A stretch of DNA of 64,000 bases from the human T2T-CHM13v2.0 reference genome, Homo sapiens, in NCBI RefSeq assembly GCF_009914755.1, contig NC_060947.1. One strand, 5' to 3'. The notes below the pieces were generated by a model. The model had not been told where the DNA came from. It saw only the letters and a program-made list of their open reading frames with translations, and did no database searches. Each line of letters opens with the position of its first letter. Positions within the stretch are counted from its first letter, which is position 1. The position numbers and the translations under genes were made by a program. Positions 45,411 to 64,000 of this stretch are shown here, piece by piece.

Positions 45411-46149
45411 ATACTTCATTTTCATTTTTTTCCTATGATTTTCTACTGTTTTAATTATACAGAGTTCTTTGTAAAGTCCTTAACCTTTTTAGAGGTAATT
45501 TTTTTTTCTTATGGTTAGCTTCAATTGGATGTTCATAGGTAAGACATTTTACAAAATATGTATGACTTTTGGCCCTATAACAACGCTTTGACTCCATGAC
45601 TTTAGAGGATGTCTCCCTAGCCTTCCTGTTTTCTCACAAAGTTAATGAGATGAGGTGGGCAAGGCACATGGTAGGAGCCAGAAGATTCCCCTTAATCTAA
45701 GCGCTGCCTCCGATTGCCCTGGTGCTCTTGGTTGATATTTGACTTTACTCTGCCGAGGGGCAAGGAAGAAGCACTTATTACACAAAGATAAATGATCAGA
45801 TGTTTCTCAAAGTCTGACTTTGGATCATTTCCAGACTTCTGAAGAGGTTTATTTATTCTGACTATTTTTGCCAGTGTTCTTACCGCTTTTATGAGGAAAT
45901 GATTTCAAAAGTCCTTGTTTTGCCATTTTACTTAACACAGTTAACAGATTTGTTACTTTTCAAATTTAAAGAAAAAATACTCTCACTTATAAATATTACC
46001 ATAACAATGTTAAATAAAATATTAGAAATTGAATTATGCAGAGTTTTAAAATAAATAATACACTAGGGCCATGTAATGTTTGATGAGGAAATTAAAATAA
46101 TCATCCTATATTTGAAAATTAAAAATAGAATCAACCATATTCACGTGAC

Positions 46150-47160
46150 TGTAGTAGGTAGTTTTTTAAATGTCCTCCAGTGGTCCCTATCTCTTAGTAT
46201 TTATGCCCTTGCGTAATCCCCTTCTGCGATAGTTAATTTAAAGGTCAACTTGACTCGGTTAAGGGATGCCCAGAAAGCTGGTAAAACTTTATTTCTGAGT
46301 ATGTCTGTGAGGGTGTTTCCTGAAGTGATTAGTATTTCAATCAGTAGACTGAGTAAAGAAGATCTTCACTCACCAATGTGGGTAGACATCATTTAATATG
46401 TTGAGAGATAAAACAGAATCAAAAGGCAGAGGAATGGAGAATTCTTTCTGCTTGAGCTGAAACATCCAACTTCTCCTACCCTTAGAAATTGGAGCTCCTT
46501 GTTCTTGGGCCTTTAGACTCAGACTAAATTACACCACTGGCTTTCCTGGTTCTCCAACTTTCGGACATCAGATGGTGAAACTTAGCCTTCACAAATGCAT
46601 GAGTAAGTTCCCATTCTCCGTCTCCCTCTCTCTCTCCCTCTCCCTCCCTCTCTCTCTCTCTCTCTCTTTCTCTTTCTCTCTCTCAATCTCTGTCTGTCCA
46701 TCCATCCTACTGGTTCTGTTTCTCTGGAGAACCCTGACTAATTACAAGTCTCTTTCTGTGTGAGCTGAACCCATGGATTTCCTTCTAATAAGTAGAATAA
46801 GGCATGAGTGACGGCGTATCAGTTGCAAATGACATGACAAAAGACTTTGCCTGTTATGTTACTGGTATTCTTACTGACACTCTATTTTGCCCTCTCACCT
46901 GCATGTACTGATGAAACCAGCTGCCTTGATGTATGCTGAACAATGGAAAAACCCACTTCCCAACAAGCACAGAATTATTTCCTCCCCCAGCTCATCCATA
47001 AAATGACTGCAACCTTGACTGGATCCTGTCAAAATCCCTGAGTCAGAGGAACCACATAAGCCACATGCAGATTGTTGACCTACAGAAACTGTTAAGGTAA
47101 TTCAGGTTTTTCTTTTAAGCCTAAATATTAGAGTAATTGTTTACACAGCGATATATAATG
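46150..47160 (+). mobile_element. MLT1-type LTR interrupted by an MLT2 LTR (~46225-46746, includes (CT)n at 46614-46685)
   Basis: MLT2 motifs gtcaacttgac..gttaagggatgcccag and tctctggagaaccctgactaa; MLT1 motifs acctacagaaactg and gtttacacagc. Confidence 0.65.
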
Positions 47161-47249
47161 CAATGATAACTGGAAAATTATATAATGATATTTACTGCTG
47201 TCATCACTGCATTGAGTTTTAACTGAAAGAACATAGTAAATTAAGACTA

Positions 47250-47660
47250 GGATACATACTTCCTCAATGACAATGACAATCCCAAATCAACAGCTGAAAC
47301 TATATTTAAAAGTAAACTCTATAGGATCCTCAATTGACATCGGGACATGAATTATTCAAGGTACTGGGTGAAATAGAATACCATTTGAAAAGAAAAGAAT
47401 GTCACATCATGCACCAAAAGAAATAAAAATAGGTTAAATAATTTCTGAAAATAAAACTATAAAAGTGGGAAAAGGAAATACTGGTAAATATTCATACAAT
47501 CTTCAGTTTGGAAACTCTTTTAAATACAACACCAACCAAGGTCAAAAACCTTAAAGAAAAATATTAATATATCTGGCTACACAAAATTATAAATTTTAGG
47601 ATGTCATAAAAATACATTAAAATTTTAAAAGAAAATTAATCAATTGTAAAAAATTTGTCG
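47250..47660 (+). mobile_element. Old L1M ORF2 3' fragment
   Basis: Degenerate A-rich ORF2-like sequence. Confidence 0.5.
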
Positions 47661-47676
47661 AAAATGCTAGGTGTGA

Positions 47677-53612
<5,936 letters not shown>

Positions 53613-53694
53613 TTAGAGGAAGACACAAACACACACACACAAAAACAAAAAAAAACAAATACTAGTTGTTAATACCTTCAAAACACATTTCCTG

Positions 53695-53997
<303 letters not shown>

Positions 53998-54033
53998 AGA
54001 ATACATTTTCAAATCAAATAATGTCCAATATCA

Positions 54034-54199
54034 TTTTTTTTAAACAAGGTCTCCCTCTGTTGCTCACGCTGGCGTGCAGTGGTGCGATCTCAGCTCACTG
54101 CGGCCTCACCTCCAGGGCTTATGAAATCCTTCCACCTCAGTCTCTGAGCAGCTGAGGCTACAGGTGCATGCCACCATGCCCAGCTAATTATGTGTAGTG

Positions 54200-54239
<40 letters not shown>

Positions 54240-54362
54240 TTTGTAGAAACAAGGTCTCACTATGTTGCCTAGGTTCTTCTGGAACTTCTTAGCTCAAGAG
54301 ATCCTCCTGCCTCAGCCTCCCAAAGTGCTGGGATTACAGGTGTGTGCCACCATCTCCAGCCT
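54034..54362 (-). mobile_element. AluJ-like element with (ATT)n expansion in the middle linker (54201-54240)
   Basis: Diverged Alu dimer; microsatellite read directly. Confidence 0.85.
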
Positions 54363-55047
54363 AAGATAATTTTAGAAGAAGATTAATGAGAGGAAGTTAT
54401 ATCCTACCAGATATTAAAACCTTATAATCATGTATTTAACGAGGTAATTACACAAGTATATGTAGATGTAAAGATGTGCCATAGGGAGTGCTCACAAAGA
54501 TTCTATGTGTTTCCCTATATTTTATAGCCTGTTTTATAATCAGATTGAGATGGTCTCAAAATTGACTAGCTCTGGGCAGTGAACCGGGTGCAGAAAACAT
54601 ACACATCATTTTAAGGTTGAGGCAGTTATGCCCTCATGTGGCTTCTTCATTCTCTTCTTCTGTCACAGTGACCTTGACAACCATGAGTTGACAAGGAAAT
54701 GAACAAGATGGAGGAAGCCTGGCTCCATAAGGTATTGGACGGAAGAGTCTCTGCTCACCCAGATAGAAGTTTCATTCATCAGAAAACAAACCTTTGTTAT
54801 GTTAAATCACTGAGATTTTATTTTGTGATTGTCGTGGAGTCAGCACGGCCTAGCATTACTCTTACGAATACAAACGCCAATAAAAAGATATTAGTATTTA
54901 TCTACTGTTAAAAATAAACTAGTAGAAAGAGAATGTACTATTCACTAAATGGAAAACTATTTTAACCATTTCCACAACAAACTGTAGGCAAACTAGGAAA
55001 ATGTATAATTTTTAAAGTATGCATAAAAGAGCTATCAAAACTAATAA

Positions 55048-55433
<386 letters not shown>

Positions 55434-55464
55434 TAATTCCTATGCATTTATGCAATGCCTTCCT

Positions 55465-55868
55465 ATGGTAGATAGCAATGATGGCCATATTATTTTACCC
55501 CTTCCTGAATCTACCCTTACATGATTTTGCTTTTCCTCTTATGACTTGCTTTGGCCAATAGAATGCAATAGAGTTTCAACGTGTCCATTCCAAGCCTAGT
55601 TTTCCATGACTCGTTGTGTGCATCCTCTTGCTTGCTGTTGCCCTCTGCTGTTAACTTGAAAACATGCCCAAGCTAACACGCTTGTCTCAGAAAAAGAATA
55701 AGAGACGAGGAGCAGAGCCCGTCATCAGGTATGTGAGCAAGCTCAGGTAAACCCAGAGTACATCAACTGAACCTCACAGACACATGAGAAATTATTGGGT
55801 ATTGTTACATGCCACTGGTTTTACAGTAGTTGGTTACACAGCAATATTGTGGAAGTAGATAATTGATA
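55465..55868 (+). mobile_element. MLT1-type LTR
   Basis: tgacttgctttggccaatagaatg; ttggttacacagcaat..gtagataattgatac. Confidence 0.65.
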
Positions 55869-56820
55869 CTTATTCCACAAGAAAACCTGGGCACAATGAT
55901 ACTTTATAGGGATTATACTCTTACAATACATGTACAAAGAGATAATTTTATGGGTATTATCCGTTCATTGGAGGAAGGAGGATGTCCGCCAGAGTGAGAT
56001 TTTATTGCCACAGCCTCTTCAGCATGCAATTTCAGAACATATAGAATCAATTTCTCAGTTTACTGACTGCTGAGTAAGACCTTGGGAGAAATTAAGACTA
56101 GAAATGAGGGCGGGATAAATATTTCACTTCAGGCTGGTGGGTTTCTCAAGCAGCAAAGTGTTTCAAATCTGCTGCCAATAGCAGTTTTTTTTTCAGTACT
56201 GTTAGTAGAAACTCTTCCCATCTTCTGGCAAAAGGTTGGATGTTAGCTTTACTTTGAATTATGTTAAGGATTCCATCCCCTCTCTGAATCTCTCTTGTAT
56301 TTTGGTGTGAACATAGGAGATGCTGAGAATGCAGGATGACTGCCTTAAATTGGAAGCCTCAGATTATGGCACTCATGAGGAAACGGTTGAATAAAAATAA
56401 TTCAGATGGGAGGGACTGGGCAAGAATCTTCTCTAGATGGAGGGTGCAAAAATGGGAAGACGGGAATCTACATGGAAACTACAAAGAAATTAAGGGAACA
56501 GAAATACATCTGCTCTTCAGGATAAACAACAAATCAAAGAATATGAAATAATACTGTTTTAATCAGAAGATATTCATAATGGAGGACCTGAACTCATCCG
56601 TATTTGGCTAAATCCCAAACTCAGGAACTCAGTCCAAGGAACACCATAGAAATGCAATTAATATAACTGCATTTCTCTATTTTTTAAATTGGTATTCAAA
56701 ACATTCTTTTCAATGATCCTGCAACTGTGCGATTTTCAATCCCCATGTCTGACCATGCCATGTCCTTGCTCAAAATCATTCATTTCCTCCAGTGCTTATA
56801 AAATAATGCCCACAACTCTT

Positions 56821-59476
56821 TTTTTTTAAAATGTTTTCCAGTTTTTTTTATATTTTGGTGGGTACACAGTAGTTGTGTATATTTATAGAGTACATGAGAT
56901 GTTTTGATACAGGCATGCAATGTGAAATAAGCACATCATGGAGAACAGGGCACATCACGGAGACCAGGGTATCGATCTTCTGAAACATTTAGACCTTGAG
57001 TTACAAATAATCCAATTACACTCCTTAACTTATTTCAAAATGTGCAATTAAATTATTATTGACTGTAGTCATCCTATCATGCTATCAAATAGTAGGTTTT
57101 ATTTACTTTTTCTATTTTGTGTACCCATTAACAATCCCAGCCTCCACCATCATCCCCCACTACCCTTTCCAGCCTCTGTTAACCACCTTTCTACTCTCTA
57201 TGCCCATGATTTTAATTCATTTGACTTTTAGATCCCACAAATCAGTGAGAACATGCAATGTCTGTCTTTCTGTGCCTAGCTTATTTTGCTGAACATAATG
57301 ATCTCCAGTTCCATCGATGTTGTTCCAAATGACTGGATCTCATTCTTTTTTATGGCTGAATAGAACTCCCCTGAGTCTATGTACCACATTTTCTTTCTCC
57401 ATTCATCTGTTGATGGACACAGGTTGCTTCCAAATCTTAGCTATTGTACATAGTGTTGCAACAAACACAGTAGTGCAGATATCTCTTCAATATACTGATC
57501 TCCCTTTTTTTGGGTGTGTATACCCAGCAGTGGGATTGCTGGATCATACGGTACCTCATTTTAGTTTTTTGAGAAACCTCCAAACTGTTCTCCGTAGTGA
57601 TTGTGCTAATTTATATTCCCACCAATAGTGTGGAAGGGTTCCCTTTTCTCCATATCCTCGCCAGCATTTGTTATTGCCTGTCCTTTTGATGTAAGTCATT
57701 TTAACTGGGGTGAGAAATCTCACTGTAGATTTGATTTGCATTTCTCTGATGATCAATGATGTTCAGCACCTTTTCAAATGCCTATTTGCCATAGTATGTC
57801 TTACGAGAAATGTCTATTCAAATATTTTGCCCATTCTTCTATCAAATTATTACATTTTTTTCCCTACAGAGTTATTTGAGCATCTTACATATTCTGGATA
57901 TTAATCCCTTGTCAGACGGGTACTTTGAAAATAATTTATCCCAGTCTGTGGGTTGTTTCTTTACTTTTTTTACTGTATCCATGTTGCCCAGGACAGGTCC
58001 GGAAATGCCATTCAAGAGTCAAGTCCCAGGCCAGGCACAGTGGCTCATGCCTATAATCCCAGCACTTTGGAAGGCTGAGGCAGGTGGATTGCTTGAGCTC
58101 AGGAGTTCAAGAGCAGCCTGGGCAACATGGTGAAACCCCCTCTCTACCAAAAATACAAAAACTTAGCTGGGTGAGATGGTGCGCATCTGTGGTCCCAGCT
58201 ACTTGGGAGGCTGAAGTTGGAGGATCGCTTGAGCCCGGGGCAGAGGTCGCAGTAAGCTGAGATCATATCACTGCACTCCAGCCTGGGTGATAGAGTGAGG
58301 AGTGAGACTCTACCTCAAAAAAAAAAAAAAAATTCAAAGATTCAAGTCCTGGAATGGGGGGCCCCAGGAGCCCACTTGGCTCTCTAACCCCCTATATTGG
58401 TGCTGGTACCTAAAGTGCAAGACAAGGTCCCCTCTGCCTTTCCCTCTGCACTTCTCAAGCAGAAGGAGTTTTGTCCCATAGCCACCACAACTAGTAATAT
58501 GCTGAGTCTTACCTAAAGCCAGCAAGTCTCAGAGGCTCACCAAGGCCCTAAACATAGTACCTGGGTATCACTGTTCATTATTCAGGGCCCAAGGGCTCTT
58601 CAATTAGCAAATAATGAATGCTGTCAGGACCGGGTCCTTTGTTTCAAGGTAGCTTGTTCCCTTCCGGTCCAAGTGTGCTTAGAAATGTCATCTGGGGCTA
58701 GAGCCTGGAACAGGGGCCTCTTGATTCCGACCATTGCCCTGTCTTGCTGTGGCTGAGCTGGTATCCCAGATGCAAGCCAAAGTCCTACTCACTCTTCCTT
58801 GTCTTCTCTTCAAGTGGAAGGAAGGGGTCTCTTTCGAAGTTGAGCTGTGCAGCCTGGGGTCAGGGGAGTGGCGATGCCAACACCCCCTTGCCTGCCCCAG
58901 CTGATGTCTTGGTATGCTGCGTGTCTCTCTAGTCCACAGTCTCTGGGCCTAATTCAAGACTACGACTTGGCTATGAGTTGCAGACCTTATGGATTAGACT
59001 GCCTTTCATGTTTACTTAGGGACCAAGAGCAGTTTGGCTTTCAGTGGTGAGGCTTCCGAGCACTCGAGTTCAGAGAGCTGGGATTGGCGATTCCCCTCTG
59101 GCTAGAGCTAGTGTAAATGCTCCTTCTGTGTCATCTGAGTTTGGTCTAGTTTTCCTTCCTGATTTAACAGGATGCCACTTAGTTCAATGCCTCACAGTTG
59201 CTGTGTTCTCCTTCTCAGCTCCCAGAAAGTCTCTCTGTACCATGCAGCTGCTACCCAGGGTGGAAGAGGGGTCACGTAGGCGATTCTGGACATTTTTTTC
59301 TATCTCTTCATTGCCTCTTTCAGCCATATGAAGTTAAGCCAGGTACTATGAGTGCCCATCTAATTTTTGGTTCTTATAAAGGTGTTTTTATCTGTGTAGT
59401 GGTGGTTAACCTGATGTCCTTGTGCAGGGGACGAATGGTGGAGCCTTCTATTCTGCAATCTTGCTCCACCTCTCCC
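56821..59476 (-). mobile_element. Internally deleted L1MA-type element: 5' UTR (57990-59476) joined to ORF2 end and 3' UTR (56821-57985)
   Basis: Poly-T at 56821; ORF2 C-terminal remnant [10 protein letters not shown]; 5' end rc gggagaggtggagcaaga; degenerate TSD tgcccacaactctt/tgtcgacagctctt. Confidence 0.8.
58029..58332 (+). mobile_element. AluJ-like element nested in the L1 5' UTR
   Basis: gattgcttgagctcaggagttc and gatcgcttgagccc; flanks ttcaagagtcaagtcc/ttcaaagattcaagtcc. Confidence 0.9.
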
Positions 59477-59800
59477 TGTCGACAGCTCTTGCCATCACAT
59501 TGTGCATCTTTCACATCTGCAGTATTTCCCATTAGAGTTCCCTTGAAACTCTAAAGTAATTTTACAAAGTTCATTTTACTAATCCTGACTGAGTATCAAT
59601 TCAAATGGGAGTATCAGCTGTCCCACTAACTTGGCTCCTACTTTTGCCTTATTCCCTTTCTTACATTCTTCCTTCTGCCTTTAATGCTTTACTCGCTTCT
59701 CTTTCTTCCCATGTTCAAGTATTTCCTGAAGCTTTCCTTCATGCCTCTAGCCTGTCTTCTCTGAATTCTACTGGCACTTCTTATATGTTCTTTGTTTTGA

Positions 59801-60134
<334 letters not shown>

Positions 60135-60573
60135 TATTAGCTTCTTAGTGAAAGGAACTAAGTGTGAAAAAGTCAAAGAATTCGTTAATGTACAGAAACA
60201 AGCAATTTGTACTCCTTGAGGAGCTCAAAGTACTCAACAGCGTTTCCAGTCCTCTCCATCGTTACGGGAAACAGATGAGAGAACGTGGCTTTGGGGAACA
60301 TGCATAGGCGAATAAACATAATGGGGCTTGAAACACGAATGAAGAGGAAAAATAAAGTGTGTTGAATGATCTCCTTAAAAGACTCCTTTCTTTCTTGGTA
60401 CCTTCTACCCAGCCTAGTTCCTCTTTATCTCCCATTTGAAAGCATGGGTGCCAGATTAGAACTTTCTCTCACATAGGTCAGCAGAAACACATAGAGTATT
60501 ATTAGATGGATTCCATGGAGTAATAAACTAAGGCCCCAAGTTATGACAGGTTCTCCATGTCACCTGGTCATAT

Positions 60574-61091
60574 TGTAACCGAGCGAGTTATAGAGAAATG
60601 CCACACTACAAGATTAATTCACGAGTCCTTTATTGCCGGCGACTGAGACACAGCTAGAGCTCAAAATTCTCTCGGCCCCGAAGAAGGAGCTAGATTTCTT
60701 TTGATACCTTGGTCTAAATAGGGGAGGGGGAGTTTAGCCGAAGCGATTTTTACAGAAGCAGAACAGGCAAAAAGTTAAAAAGATTAATGGTTACAGAAAC
60801 AGTTACAGAAAAATAAACAGTTCCAGGTGCAGGGGCTTAAACTATCACAGAGAGATAATGCAGGGGCTTCGGGTACCACCCACCGAGCGCATCCCCAGGA
60901 GCTGCTGGTTCAGTTTGCCTCTATCTCTTATCAGTAAGTGCATTCCTGGACGTGCTTGGAGTCAGCTTGCACTAGTTATGTCCTTGAGGGAGGGGGATAA
61001 GGGGGACTGCGAGTGAAGAAACAAAAATGGAGTCTGTCCAGCTCTCTCAGCTAAGAGAGACAATCAGGTTAAAATAAGGTAAGGCATCACA
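60574..61091 (-). mobile_element. Solo ERV1 LTR (LTR6-like)
   Basis: TG...CA termini, ~520 bp; tttatt (AATAAA on minus) at ~60628; rc start tgtgatgccttaccttattttaacctga. Confidence 0.7.
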
Positions 61092-61554
61092 GTAAGCCAT
61101 CACTATGCCTCAAAGCCCTCATCTTCTCATCTGAACCGAGACTCTTCATGTGAGAAGCTGGGTATATTCTAATGCAAAATCAAAGTTAAAATTCCAAGAA
61201 GGGTGATAATCAAAGAGTTTAATTTTGTAGACAGGGGAGAGAGAAAACTGAGAGATGAGAATATTTTATTTATTAGATAAGGATGACAGAAGAGTGGTTC
61301 TTTGCAGGTTCCAGAAACCTACGTTAGCATATTCAAGAAAAAGAATAATCAGCATCAGAGGGTAGACACATGCAAAATAAAATCCTGACTAAAGCAGCAG
61401 CTTATTTGCCACTTTAGAAATGGACATTCTAACTGCCTAGTAGACCAGCAACACAGAGTCGCATAACAGTACCACAGTATGTCTGAGCTGAAAATTATTC
61501 AGTCATCACATTAAACCTTCTCATTTTATGATGGAAAAAAAAATGAGGTAAGGA

Positions 61555-61868
61555 GGCCGAGCGCAGTGCGGTGGCCCACGCCTGTAATCCCAGCACTTTG
61601 GGAGGCCGAGGCGGGCAGATCACCTGAGGTCAGGAGTTCGAGATCAGCCTGGCCAACATGGCAAAACCCCATCTCTACTAAAAATACAAAAATTAGCCAG
61701 GTGTGGTGGTGGCCGCCTGTAATCTCACCTACTGGGGAGGCTGAGGCAGGGAGAATTGCTTGAACCCGGGAGGCGGAGGTTGCGGTGAGCCGAGACCACA
61801 CCATTGCACTCCAGCCTGGGCGAGAGAGCAAGATTCTGTCCACCCCCGCCCCCCCAAAAAAAAAAAAT
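61555..61868 (+). mobile_element. Alu (AluSx-like) with a C-rich insertion before the tail
   Basis: Full dimer; aaaaaaatga flanks. Confidence 0.92.
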
Positions 61869-62280
61869 GACATAAGGAAAGAGGATGTGTTTTGTGCAAG
61901 ATCGCAGAGCTAGTTGGGGCGGAGTTGGAAATAAAACTCGTTATTTCTGAATCTCAAGCCAATGAATTACAACGGTAAGTCATTACTAATTCGATAAACA
62001 TTTATGGAGCACTAAATATGAGTCAAACACAATAAGTCACAAATAGTCAAATGTGACCTGGGGCCTGCCTACAGCACACTGACACTGGCATTTTTCTGAC
62101 GGAGGACCAGCAGCTGACTAGCTTTTCTGGAGTAGCCCAAGTCTTTCTTGAAATCCTCTCTAACAGAGATAATAACAGCAAAAAGCTTCTTATCAACTGG
62201 TCCTTTAAATCATTTAAAAATCTATTTTCTCTATCCAAGTGCTGATTCATAGAAATATAACATAAGCTAGTTATTTCATT

Positions 62281-62550
62281 TAGAGTTTCCTAATAGCCAT
62301 AATAAAAACATAAAATAGTTGAGATTATTTTAATTCATGTTTGATTTAACCCAATATATCTAACATATTGTCATTTCCTATGTATTTGATATACAATGTA
62401 TTAACGTCATATTATCCATTATCTTATTTGTACTAAGTCTTCAAAATCCAGCATGCATGTTACATTTGCAGCACATTCCTATTGCAACTGGCCACGTGAC
62501 AAATGTGCAATCGTTTGCGGCCAGTTGCTACTATAGTAGACGACACAGCT
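62281..62550. mobile_element. MER33-like hAT-Charlie DNA transposon
   Basis: tttaacccaatatat..., tactaagtcttcaaaatccag..., ggccagttgctact motifs. Confidence 0.65.
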
Positions 62551-63424
62551 TCATATCATCTATTACGTTAGTCCCTGGTGTATTTCTGAACAAGCAATTA
62601 AAATGCAACCAAAACATGTTATATTTATAAAACATATTATATTTAACACAGTAAATTACAACAGGTGGAAAATTCCTTTTCAGATAGATTCTTAGGAACT
62701 TCAATTAAGTGTACTTCTTTCTTTAGTTATTCTATGTCATGCCTGAACATGCTAGGTCACTGGAAAGCTTAAATGAAAAGAAGCAAGAAGAACATTAAAG
62801 TAAAATGTTATATGAAACCCCGGAAATTTTTAGTGATTTGTGGTCTTCACTTATTCCAAGTCTTTAGAATTGAGATTAAACATTATCTTCTCAGTGGTAA
62901 GTCAGAACAGAGAACAACACGAATGGAGCCACTTCTCTGGTAACACATCAGGGAATCATCTGTCCATTTAAATTACGGGTTTTTTTCTATATCACTGTCA
63001 AGACTAGATTTTCATAAAAGGAAGATCATTTTACATGGAAGGAATTGCTAAACAGGCTAGAGGTTCGAAATCCATTACCTATTCATCACCTAGTTAATAG
63101 ATGTTCATCCTCTATAACCTTCAAGAAACTCTGCCACAAAATTCAAAGGCAACATACAGGTCATATTTCTGAACCTAGTGCTACAAAATATGGCTGGACA
63201 ATATTACAGAATCCTCCAAATTAAAACTTTCTAGAAAATCCAAAATCTATGGTCACACTAGCTCTAAGTCAATGAAATGCTACAGTAAATTTTGGATCCC
63301 AGGAAAAAGCAGCCTAACATTATAGTAGCTACCAGAAGGTACTTTCTGCAAAACTGTTAAACACCGTCCTCTTAGGGGTCCATTTTTCTATCACTCTAAA
63401 GAATAAATGCTTTGGGGAAAATGA

Positions 63425-64000
<576 letters not shown>

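Noticed and set aside
57970-58010. Spliced-L1 (SpIRE) origin for the 5' UTR/3' end junction
   Set aside because: I cannot identify a GT donor at the 5' UTR break from the recalled consensus; a deletion or template jump is simpler.

Overview
Human (hominid) genomic DNA, most likely Xq27.1. The only protein-coding gene I can support is the two-exon cancer/testis gene SPANXB1 (CDS 6005-6094 + 6742-6963, 103 aa, 647-nt intron holding a solo LTR). The rest is gene-poor and repeat-dense: two related MER4-group ERV1 internal segments flanking the gene, several solo LTRs (LTR10-like with a triple p53-type site, MER11, LTR6-like, THE1/MST, MLT), a complete THE1 MaLR provirus with nested insertions, two large inactivated L1PA copies (one twin-primed and 5'-inverted), older L1M pieces, about 20 Alus and microsatellites. 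I see no prokaryote-type system or CRISPR array, and no clearly new biological system. The most notable observations are apparent non-consensus substitutions shared by the two L1PA copies with an apparent A>C/T>G excess, the p53-type LTR site upstream of SPANXB1, and rearrangement junctions around the gene. Repeat names and consensus comparisons are from memory, and most repeat boundaries are approximate.
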